Shown here: positions 29,028 to 37,377 of the stretch, in pieces
Numbering within the stretch: the first letter of the stretch is position 1
Layout of the letters: every line of letters starts with the position of its first letter
DNA from: Candidatus Zambryskiibacteriota bacterium
Lineage (GTDB): Bacteria; Patescibacteriota; Minisyncoccia; Phycocordibacterales; DATDWN01
Length of the DNA stretch: 51,366 nucleotides
Assembly: GCA_026394775.1 (NCBI GenBank)
Contig: JAPLZY010000008.1
Coordinates: 1-51,366, forward strand
Reading direction: 5' to 3'
Position numbers and translations under genes: made by a program
The notes under the pieces: model-generated
Seen by the model: the letters and a program-made list of their open reading frames with translations, nothing else
Databases searched by the model: none
What the model was told of the DNA's origin: nothing

Positions 29028-29056
29028 TCTATTTAAGATAATGTTATAATGAATCC

Positions 29057-30934
29057 ATGAATATGGAAAATGATAAAATAGAACAGCTAAAAAGAAAACT
29101 GTATTCTCGTGGAGGTTTTACACCGAAAACATCTCGTTTTCAAATGAGCCGAGAGGACTCAAATGTAAAAGATAATTGGGAAGGAAATACAGAGCTTCAT
29201 TTAAATGCAGAGAGTGGGGGCACACACCCTTTTCTAAAAAAGTTTCTTATCGGAGCTGTACTTTTTTTTGTAGTTGCTCTAGGGCTGGCGGCATATGTGT
29301 TTACCGGTGGTATGAATGAAGTTTCTTCTGCTAATGTTGATATCGGGATCCTTGGTCCAGCGAGTGTTGCGTCAGGTGAGCAAGTTGACCTTGGGATATC
29401 AATTGTAAATAAAAATTCTACACGGCTTGAAAATGTTGTGCTTTCTATAGAATATCCAGAAGGAACAAAACAAAATGAAAATGATGCAGAGCCTTTGAAG
29501 CGAACGAGTGAAAACATGGGTCAGATAGATAAAGGCTCGGTGCGTGACAGCACAGCCAAATTTATCTTGTTTGGGGACAAGGGTGTGGTTAAAACGCTCA
29601 CCTTTAAAATCGAGTATACGGTGACTGGCTCAAATGCGCGATTCACCAAGGAGAAAAAATACGATGTAATGATCGGCTCTTCTCCGTTGCTTGTAAACGT
29701 AAGCGCACCACAAGAGATCAACTCCGGACAACTTTTCGGACTTCAGGTTACCGTCACGTCAAATTCAGGCGCGCTTCTTAAAGACGTGCTCGTAAAAGTA
29801 GAGTACCCATATGGTTTTACCTATGTAGACTCTTCTCTTGAACCGGAGCGAGATAAGCAGACATGGAATATTGGCGATTTAAAAAATGGCGAGAAAAAAG
29901 TCTTTACCGTACAAGGAAAAATTGTGGCGCAGGATAATGAAGAAAGAACATTTCGATTTGTCGTCGGGACACTTGCCTTAGGAGGAGAGGTGGACACAGT
30001 ACTCGGTACAGCCATGCCGACACTTCTGGTAAGAAAGCCTTTTTTCAATGCAGATTTTGTCTTGGCTGGTGAAAGCTCTGAGATTGTGAGCGTGAGTCCA
30101 CGGAGCCGTATATCAGGAGCGATTACGATCACCAACTCACTCGCCGATGCACTTTCAAATGTATCAGTTGAGGTAAAAATGTCTGGTTCTGCATTAAATA
30201 AAACAGGAGTGCGGGTCAACGATGGTGGCTTCTACCAGTCAAACCAAAATACAATCGTATGGGATAGAAATTCAAGACAAAATCTGGAAATTATTCGGCC
30301 AGGAGAAAAAGTGGGAGTAAATTTTGATTTAGATAATTTCATTGTCTCAAATACAGATAAAAACCCAGAAGTTTCTTTTGATGTTACTTTGAAGGGTGTA
30401 CGTGCTCTCTCTGGTGGTGGGGTAGACAATGTTACATCTACATTTACTAAAAAACTTCGCTTCCTCACAGGACTTTCTTTAGGGGCAAAAACACTTCGCA
30501 GTGGAGTGATCTCAAACATTGGTCCAGTACCACCACAGAGAGAAGTTTCTTCTACATATACAGTAGAGTGGACACTTTCAAATACAAACAATGATGCAGG
30601 TAATACTCAGGTAACAACCGTACTTCCTGTGTATGTAGAATGGACTGGTGCGGTCTCACCTACAACAGAAAGTATTAGTTACAATCCTGATACACGTACG
30701 GTCACATGGAATGCAGGTACGATACCTGCTCGTGCAGGCTACAGCACATCGCCAAAGAAAGTATTTTTTCAGGTAAAGCTTAACCCAAGCGCTTCTCAAG
30801 TAGGCATAGCCCCGGCTTTGACGGGAACTATCAGTACGTTTGCTAAAGATATGTTTGCGGATAAGACATTTACTGTAGAAACAAATGCTGTGACCTCCAA
30901 CACTTCCGACGGCTTTTCGGGCACAGTTCAGTAA
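29057..30934 (+). CDS. membrane-anchored protein with repeated beta-sandwich (DUF11/Ig-like) domains
   Basis: Single N-terminal TM and repeated beta-rich modules (VEYPYGF, WNIGDL, WNAGTI). Confidence 0.7.
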   Translation: MNMENDKIEQLKRKLYSRGGFTPKTSRFQMSREDSNVKDNWEGNTELHLNAESGGTHPFLKKFLIGAVLFFVVALGLAAYVFTGGMNEVSSANVDIGILGPASVASGEQVDLGISIVNKNSTRLENVVLSIEYPEGTKQNENDAEPLKRTSENMGQIDKGSVRDSTAKFILFGDKGVVKTLTFKIEYTVTGSNARFTKEKKYDVMIGSSPLLVNVSAPQEINSGQLFGLQVTVTSNSGALLKDVLVKVEYPYGFTYVDSSLEPERDKQTWNIGDLKNGEKKVFTVQGKIVAQDNEERTFRFVVGTLALGGEVDTVLGTAMPTLLVRKPFFNADFVLAGESSEIVSVSPRSRISGAITITNSLADALSNVSVEVKMSGSALNKTGVRVNDGGFYQSNQNTIVWDRNSRQNLEIIRPGEKVGVNFDLDNFIVSNTDKNPEVSFDVTLKGVRALSGGGVDNVTSTFTKKLRFLTGLSLGAKTLRSGVISNIGPVPPQREVSSTYTVEWTLSNTNNDAGNTQVTTVLPVYVEWTGAVSPTTESISYNPDTRTVTWNAGTIPARAGYSTSPKKVFFQVKLNPSASQVGIAPALTGTISTFAKDMFADKTFTVETNAVTSNTSDGFSGTVQ

Positions 30935-30973
30935 AGTTGATTGTCGAGACTATTTAATATACTATTTGAAATC

Positions 30974-32362
30974 ATGGCAGAAAAAAACCAAGAACTGATG
31001 GAAAAGATTGTATCCCTCTGTAAAAGACGAGGGTTTGTTTTTCCTGGGTCTGAAATCTACGGAGGACTCGCCGGTACATTTGACTATGGACCGCTTGGTG
31101 TTGCGCTCCGCAACAATATAAAAGCGCTTTGGTGGAAACGCTTTGTAACTGACCGAGAAGACATGTACGGCATGGATGCCGCTATTTTGATGAATCAAAA
31201 TGCATGGAAAGCATCGGGACACGTGGGTGGTTTCAACGATCCACTTGTTGAAGATTTGAAAACTAAAAAAAGATATCGAGCAGATCATTTGCTTGAAGAT
31301 GTAGGAGTTGACGTAAAAGGCCTTACTGTGGGAGGTATGGATAGTTTGATAAAAGAAAAGGGAATCAAAAGTCCAGAAGGAAATCCGCTTGGTGATGTGC
31401 GTCAGTTTAATATGATGTTTAAAACTCACTTTGGTGCCACCGAAGGTGAGGACTCTATCACATATCTTCGTCCTGAAACGGCTGGAGGTATGTTTGTAAA
31501 CTTTAAAAATATTCAAGACTCATTTCATCCAAAACTTCCATTTGGTATGGCACAGATCGGTAAAGCGTTCCGCAATGAAATCGCACCTCGAGATTTTATT
31601 TTCCGTCTCCGTGAACTCGAACAAATGGAAATCGAATATTTTGTTGATCCAAGAGACCCAGTGAAAGTAGATCAAATATTCAACGAATGGTTTGATGAAC
31701 AAGTGGCCTTTTTGAAAGATCTTGGCCTTCCAGAATCAAAGATCCATAAACTCGAAGTTCCTGAAGCTGACCGAGCTCACTACTCAAAGAGAAGTGTTGA
31801 TACAGAGTTTGATTTTGCCATCGGTCAGAAAGAACTTCTTGGTCTGGCATATCGTACAGACTTTGATCTCAATGCGCACGCAAGTGCTTCTGGGGCTGAT
31901 CTTTCATACTATGACGAAGAAACAAAGGAGAGAGTAGTACCTCACTGCATCGAGCCTACATTTGGTGTGGACCGAGTATTGCTCGCAGTCCTCTCATCAG
32001 CATATACAGAAGATGAACTAGGGGGAGAGACACGAACATACCTAAAATTTGCTCCAAAGGTTGCTCCGGTAATAGTGGCAGTTTCTCCACTTTTGAAAAA
32101 CAAACCAGAGCTTGTATCTCTCGCACGAGAAGTGTTTGTGCAACTCAAGAAAAAATTTGGCCGCGTAAGCTTCGATGACAATGGAAATATTGGAAAGCGA
32201 TACCGAAGACAAGATGAGATAGGTACGAAATGGTGTGTAGTGATTGATTTCGATACACTCGAGCAAAAAACAGGAGTAACAGTACGTGACCGAGATACTG
32301 GAGAGCAAACACGCATGCAGGTCCCAGAACTCATTGCGTACATCGAAGAAAAGTTACAGTAA
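30974..32362 (+). CDS. glyQS: glycine--tRNA ligase (alpha2 type)
   Basis: LCKRRGF, DYGPLG, YLRPETA, FRNEI, IEPTFG, IGKRYRRQDEIGT. Confidence 0.97.
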   Translation: MAEKNQELMEKIVSLCKRRGFVFPGSEIYGGLAGTFDYGPLGVALRNNIKALWWKRFVTDREDMYGMDAAILMNQNAWKASGHVGGFNDPLVEDLKTKKRYRADHLLEDVGVDVKGLTVGGMDSLIKEKGIKSPEGNPLGDVRQFNMMFKTHFGATEGEDSITYLRPETAGGMFVNFKNIQDSFHPKLPFGMAQIGKAFRNEIAPRDFIFRLRELEQMEIEYFVDPRDPVKVDQIFNEWFDEQVAFLKDLGLPESKIHKLEVPEADRAHYSKRSVDTEFDFAIGQKELLGLAYRTDFDLNAHASASGADLSYYDEETKERVVPHCIEPTFGVDRVLLAVLSSAYTEDELGGETRTYLKFAPKVAPVIVAVSPLLKNKPELVSLAREVFVQLKKKFGRVSFDDNGNIGKRYRRQDEIGTKWCVVIDFDTLEQKTGVTVRDRDTGEQTRMQVPELIAYIEEKLQ

Positions 32363-32390
32363 ATTTTCAATTTTAAATATTCATAGAAAT

Positions 32391-33092
32391 ATGGAAAATG
32401 ATGAAGATGTGGAAAATAGAGCGAAGGAATTTATAAAGCAAAATAAATCCCACATTATACAAAAGTTTGCAAACAATGCATCTCATATACCTGTAGCAAA
32501 GCCCATTTCTCTCTTCATGGCAGGTTCGCCTGGAGCAGGGAAAACCGAAGTTTCAAGAAGTTTGATAAAAGAATTTGAAAGCATGCCTATACTTATTGAT
32601 GCTGATGAAATTAGAAAAGAATGCCCAGGTTACATTGGTATAAACGCGCATCTCTTTCAAAAAGCCGCAACAAAAGGAATAAGTATTTTATTGGATCACG
32701 CGCTTGATAATAAATTAAACTTTATTCTTGATGGTACGTTTGCATATGCAGATCCAGTTCAAAATATTCAAAGATCAATCGACCACGACAGGTTGGTTGA
32801 ATTATGGTTTATCTATCAAAGACCGGAGCTCGCTTGGGAATTTACAAAAGCTCGAGAAGTGATTGAATCAAGAAGAGTGGGTAAAGAAAAATTTATTGAA
32901 ACATTCTTGAAATCAAGAGACAATGCAATTCAAGCAAAAAGACACTTTGATAAAGTTCTAGAATTAAACTTGTTGATCAAAGATATCGATAATACAGGAG
33001 GAGAGCTCAGATTAAATATATCCGCCGACGAACTTGACCGGTATCTAGGGAATGGCTATACTGAAGATGAACTTAAAAATCTACTCAAATGA
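32391..33092 (+). CDS. zeta-toxin-family P-loop kinase
   Basis: MAGSPGAGKT, LIDADEIR, ILDGT. Confidence 0.8.
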   Translation: MENDEDVENRAKEFIKQNKSHIIQKFANNASHIPVAKPISLFMAGSPGAGKTEVSRSLIKEFESMPILIDADEIRKECPGYIGINAHLFQKAATKGISILLDHALDNKLNFILDGTFAYADPVQNIQRSIDHDRLVELWFIYQRPELAWEFTKAREVIESRRVGKEKFIETFLKSRDNAIQAKRHFDKVLELNLLIKDIDNTGGELRLNISADELDRYLGNGYTEDELKNLLK

Positions 33093-33277
33093 TTACAACA
33101 TTAAAGAAGCTATTTACTCGAAAAAGCCCTGAAATTAAAGAAAAGAATGACTTTTCTGAGTTTTTTTTGCATGCCAAATCAAAAGATAAAGCTAAGGTAA
33201 TTCGACGAGTGCTTAAGGAAGCAAGTGATGAACAGAGGGCTTTAATGAAAAAATATAGAGAAGCAAAAACCGCCTAA
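33089..33277 (+). CDS. small basic helical protein coupled to the zeta-like gene
   Basis: 62 aa; ATGA overlap with the upstream stop. Confidence 0.65.
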   Translation: MITTLKKLFTRKSPEIKEKNDFSEFFLHAKSKDKAKVIRRVLKEASDEQRALMKKYREAKTA

Positions 33278-33393
33278 TGGGGGGGTTTTGGTGCTAAGGC
33301 TTTGCCACGGCAGAAAGTGCCCTCAATAAGGGCTTTCTCTGCTGTGGCGAAAGCTAAATAAAAAACAGCATAAGGGCACGATGTGCCAAGGAG

Positions 33394-34044
33394 ATGAAGA
33401 CGATGTCTTCACTTTACACGATTGGACAGATGTATGAATTAGCGACCGCTTTTGAACAAGATGGTTATACGCCAGAAATGCTCAAGAGTCTTGTGTCAGG
33501 GGGTCGACTGCGAGCTCTCAAAGGAGTGCTCGAAGGGAACGCTCAGATTGTCACCACCTCAACCAGGGTGGCGCAAAAGAAGGTTGAACCGAAGAGTTTC
33601 ATCATCAAACGTGGCGATTTTAACCCTGCCGAATTTATTGGAACAGGCTGGAGCATCATCATGAAGGAGACAGACGCGCGTTCCACTGCTCTTATTGAAC
33701 TGGATCTGAACAAGATCCAACAGGTTACGATGTTGAAAGAAGGCGAGTTGTCCATCAAAGGTGAAGAGAAACTCAAACGTCTGAAGGAGTCGGAAAACAT
33801 CCGTTTGGATGCCGATATCTTCCTTGCACTCTGGAGGAACCAATATCTCATCCCTGAAAGCTGGAAGCAAAAGGTGGACGGGAATACTCGCTACATTTTC
33901 TTTGACGGCACAGTCCTTCGGGACTCAGTCGGCTACCGCTATGTCCTGTACTTGTGCTGGTTCGGCGGTGCGTGGTACTGGCGCGTGCGCTGGCTCGACC
34001 TTGTCTGGGGCGCCGACGGCCCGTCTGCTGTTCTCGTAAGTTAG
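33394..34044 (+). CDS. DGR target protein with C-terminal variable region
   Basis: SD AAGGAG; the C-terminal ~41 codons are the VR matching the TR at 34374-34496. Confidence 0.93.
   Translation: MKTMSSLYTIGQMYELATAFEQDGYTPEMLKSLVSGGRLRALKGVLEGNAQIVTTSTRVAQKKVEPKSFIIKRGDFNPAEFIGTGWSIIMKETDARSTALIELDLNKIQQVTMLKEGELSIKGEEKLKRLKESENIRLDADIFLALWRNQYLIPESWKQKVDGNTRYIFFDGTVLRDSVGYRYVLYLCWFGGAWYWRVRWLDLVWGADGPSAVLVS
33914..34036 (+). repeat. DGR variable repeat (VR)
   Basis: 123-bp ungapped match to the TR with 22 mismatches, all opposite TR adenines. Confidence 0.97.
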
Positions 34045-34094
34045 TACTTGGGCTTTGGTCACTTGGATCTTTTGATCCTTGGATTTTAGCTCTT

Positions 34095-34118
34095 AATCCG
34101 GCGCCTTGGCGCCGGATT
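34095..34118. promoter_or_regulatory. GC-rich hairpin downstream of the VR (DGR homing cruciform and/or terminator)
   Basis: AATCCGGCGCC-TT-GGCGCCGGATT, perfect 11-bp inverted repeat about 50 bp after the target stop. Confidence 0.8.
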
Positions 34119-34373
34119 TTTCTATACAAAAAATTAAGATATACTGAAGGGTGGTTGTAGGTGAATATCGGTACACATTTACGGATGGGTGCCACCGAAT
34201 CCAGTATCCATGCATTGAGAATATTTTAGACTACGGTTTCAAATAGAGTGGTGCATGTAGACACTTCAAAAAATGAAGTTACTTGGTATAAAGTGTTACG
34301 GTATTATGATACCGAATAAAATACAGTCTCAAAATTTTTCAAGGGACAGTGGTACAGAAAGCACTTTATACAT

Positions 34374-34496
34374 TCCTTCGGAACTCAGACGACAACCGCT
34401 ATGTCCTGTACTTGTACTGGAACGACGGTGCGTGGAACTGGAACGTGAACTGGCTCGACAATGACTGGAACGCCAACAACCCATCTGCTGTTCTCG
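34374..34496 (+). ncRNA. DGR template repeat (TR)
   Basis: Adenine-containing copy of the VR, with 10 AAY codons in the VR frame. Confidence 0.97.
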
Positions 34497-34523
34497 CAAC
34501 TCGCTTAATTTCTCTCCCAACTT

Positions 34524-34914
34524 TCAGTTCGGAGAGTTTTGTTTTACAAGCTGGCCATACCAGCCACCAAGCTGTTTTCCTGCTTCGGTGAGAGGTTCTG
34601 AAAGTGCAATATATTTTTTCGTATCAAGGGCTTTGATTTCCCAGAGCATATAGAGGAGGAATTTTGCAGTATCGAGTGAGATGATGGCTTTTTTCACAAA
34701 TGGCTGTTTCTCCTGTTTTTCAAGAAAACTTGCAACGAGGATACTTTCAATAGCTTGAATGAAGTATTTATCTATTGTTTGAGCTAAAGTGTAACGGGAA
34801 GTTTTGGGGAATGTGGAGGTATAGCTTTGCCAGAGTATGTAGACACTTTTCATTTTTTCCAATACAGGGAGCAGTTTCGGGGGGGGGCATGTTGTGAGGG
34901 GAATTTTGTGTCAT
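34524..34914 (-). CDS. avd: DGR accessory protein Avd (four-helix bundle); 5' part frameshifted in a C9 tract, with in-frame starts TTG 34862 / ATG 34853
   Basis: FPKTSRYTLA...EAGKQLGGW matches the bAvd-like pattern; lies between the TR and the RT. Confidence 0.85.
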
Positions 34915-34931
34915 AATTTCACTATTGTATC

Positions 34932-35918
34932 ATGTTGCCTAACAAAATTTCTTTTGAAGAAATAATTTCTGTTGAAAATCTTCTTTCTGCCTGGAAGGAA
35001 TTTTTAGTGGGCAAAAAGAATAGAAAGGATGTGCAAGAATTTCAGTTGCGTATGATGGATAGTGTTTTGTTACTCCATAGCGATCTAAAAAATAAGACAT
35101 ATGTTCATGGAGGCTACCAAGCATTCTCTATTAATGATCCGAAGCCTCGGAATATCCACAAAGCATTTGTAGGAGACCGTCTGTTGCATCATGCTTTGTA
35201 TCGAGTGTTATATCCGTATTTTGATAAGAAATTTATACATGACTCATATTCGTGCAGGGTAAGGAAAGGAACCCACAAAGCACTTGATCGTTTTAATACT
35301 TTTGCGAGAAAAGTGTCAAAAAATAACACACAAACCTGCTGGGTGCTCAAATGTGATGTGAGAAAGTTTTTTGCTTCGATTGACCAGGTTGTATTGCTTG
35401 AGATATTAAGAAAGCATATTGATGATACCGACACTTTGTGGCTACTGGAAAGACTGGTAGAAAGCTTTGACTCAGGAAAACAAGGGGTTGGATTGCCACT
35501 CGGTAATTTAACTTCTCAGCTTCTCGTAAATATTTATATGAATGAGTTTGATCAGTACATGAAGCATATTATTAAAGAAAAGTATTACATTCGATATGCT
35601 GATGATTTTGTTATCTTGAATGCTGACAAAAAGCATCTTGAAAAACTTACTGTATCCATATCTGATTTTTTGAATGAGAAACTAAAGTTGACACTGCATC
35701 CGAATAAAGTGTTTATTAAAACGTTTGCTTCAGGGGTTGATTTTCTAGGGTGGATTCATTTTCCATATCGTCGAATAATACGCACCGTAACGAAAAAGAG
35801 AATGTTTAAAAAACTTTCTGTTCCTGACCCAAAAAAAGAAACTATTGATTCGTATAAAGGTCTGCTCGGGTGGGGAAATGCGTATGAATTGATACAAAAA
35901 ATAGATAAAATATCATAA
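34932..35918 (+). CDS. DGR reverse transcriptase
   Basis: KPRNI...DRLLHHAL, SYSCRVRKGTH, KCDVRKFF, GLPLGNLTSQ, YIRYADDF, GVDFLGW. 328 aa with no maturase or endonuclease tail. Confidence 0.96.
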   Translation: MLPNKISFEEIISVENLLSAWKEFLVGKKNRKDVQEFQLRMMDSVLLLHSDLKNKTYVHGGYQAFSINDPKPRNIHKAFVGDRLLHHALYRVLYPYFDKKFIHDSYSCRVRKGTHKALDRFNTFARKVSKNNTQTCWVLKCDVRKFFASIDQVVLLEILRKHIDDTDTLWLLERLVESFDSGKQGVGLPLGNLTSQLLVNIYMNEFDQYMKHIIKEKYYIRYADDFVILNADKKHLEKLTVSISDFLNEKLKLTLHPNKVFIKTFASGVDFLGWIHFPYRRIIRTVTKKRMFKKLSVPDPKKETIDSYKGLLGWGNAYELIQKIDKIS

Positions 35919-36003
35919 AAATACGACACAAAAACAGGTTAAAAACAAGGGCTTTTGTATTTGAGGGATGCGTGATATATTCACCCTGATTTTGAATCCA
36001 GCA

Positions 36004-36045
36004 TTCATCCGTAGCTATTCGCAAGATTCGTATAATGTTCGTATT
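36004..36045. repeat. degenerate right half of the ATTCGT element
   Basis: GTAGCTATTCG shared with copy C; ATTCGTA and GTTCGTA units just before the ATG. Confidence 0.5.
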
Positions 36046-36048
36046 ATT

Positions 36049-37320
36049 ATGAAATTCACCCAAAAAAAGCTTAAAACCGGTATCAAAGTGATGCTTGCAC
36101 CTATGAAAGACTCGTTGTCTACTACGGTCTTTGTGATGGTCCATACGGGCTCTAAATACGAAACAAAGGGGAATAATGGTATATCTCATTTTATCGAGCA
36201 TATGTGTTTCAAGGGCACAACCAAGCGTCCGACCGCTATGGATATTTCAAAAGCACTCGATGAGATTGGTTCTCAGTACAATGCATTCACATCTCAAGAA
36301 TTTACTGGCTACTACGCAAAAGCACATCCAAAAAATATTGATATATTGATTGATGTGATTTCTGATATTTATTTAAACTCAACATTTGATGCAAAAGAAT
36401 TGCAGAAAGAAAAAGGAGTGATTATTGAAGAGATCAATATGTATGAAGATATGCCACACAAGCAAGTGCAGGATGTCTTTTCTCTTGCTATGTACGGAGA
36501 CCAGCCTGCAGGGTGGTCTATTTTGGGTACGAAAGAAAATATTAAAAAAATGTCCGCGAAGGATCTGGAGAAATATTGGAAAAGTCACTACGTGGCAAGT
36601 GCTACCACAGTACTCGTAACAGGAAATTTTGATACGCGCACGATTACACAGAAACTCCAAAAAGCATTTGAGGGTATTTCTCGAAGTGCAAAGATGAAAA
36701 AACGACCGGTGGTAGAACCACAAAACCGACCAAAGATCTTGGTTAAACATAAAAAAACAGACCAAGCACATTTTGCTTTGGGAGTACGCTCTTACGCAGG
36801 TAAACACAAACTCGCACCCGCTCTCAAGGTGCTCGACGCTATCTTGGGTGGGGGTATGAGCTCTCGGCTTTTTCAGAAACTTCGTGAGGAGATGGGGGTG
36901 GGGTATTACCTACGTACTATGATCGATGAATACACAGACCATGGGTATTTTTCTGTTTCTTTGGGTGTTGATAAGGATCGAGCGGTGGAAGTAACAAAAG
37001 CTATTATTCACGAATGTGAACTTTTGAAATCAGAAAAAGTAGGAGCATCTGAGCTCAACAAAGCAAAAGAATATTTGATTGGAAACACTATACTTTCTCT
37101 GGAGTCTTCAGATGCTATGGCAGAGTATTTTGCGATTCAAGACATTACTGGAGAGGAGATCACGACACCTGAAGGTTTGATTAAAAAGATCAGAAAGGTA
37201 ACTGCAGAAGATGTACAAAAGGCTGCTCGAGAAATATTTGTAAATGACCGACTGGTTTTGAGTGCAGTAGGGCCGATGAAAGAGAGTTTGGCACTTAAAA
37301 AAGCTTTGCGGTTTGGCTAG
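36049..37320 (+). CDS. M16 family zinc peptidase
   Basis: GISHFIEHMCFKGT, NAFTS, GGGMSSRLFQKLRE. Confidence 0.93.
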   Translation: MKFTQKKLKTGIKVMLAPMKDSLSTTVFVMVHTGSKYETKGNNGISHFIEHMCFKGTTKRPTAMDISKALDEIGSQYNAFTSQEFTGYYAKAHPKNIDILIDVISDIYLNSTFDAKELQKEKGVIIEEINMYEDMPHKQVQDVFSLAMYGDQPAGWSILGTKENIKKMSAKDLEKYWKSHYVASATTVLVTGNFDTRTITQKLQKAFEGISRSAKMKKRPVVEPQNRPKILVKHKKTDQAHFALGVRSYAGKHKLAPALKVLDAILGGGMSSRLFQKLREEMGVGYYLRTMIDEYTDHGYFSVSLGVDKDRAVEVTKAIIHECELLKSEKVGASELNKAKEYLIGNTILSLESSDAMAEYFAIQDITGEEITTPEGLIKKIRKVTAEDVQKAAREIFVNDRLVLSAVGPMKESLALKKALRFG

Positions 37321-37377
37321 ATTTGAGACGTGGTTTTGTTTTTGGATTCACGCTACTCTTCATGGTACTATACACGT

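Noticed and set aside
34349..34591. 80-aa ORF spanning the TR, resembling the target C-terminus
   Set aside because: It is the template repeat read in the VR frame; openness is expected from AAC-rich TR design, and it overlaps avd on the other strand.
34932..35918. RT as a group II intron, retron or CRISPR-associated RT
   Set aside because: No maturase, endonuclease or Cas domain, and the adjacent A-specific TR/VR pair and Avd identify a DGR.
32363..36000. Prophage or integrative element carrying the DGR
   Set aside because: No integrase, structural genes or convincing flanking direct repeats seen.
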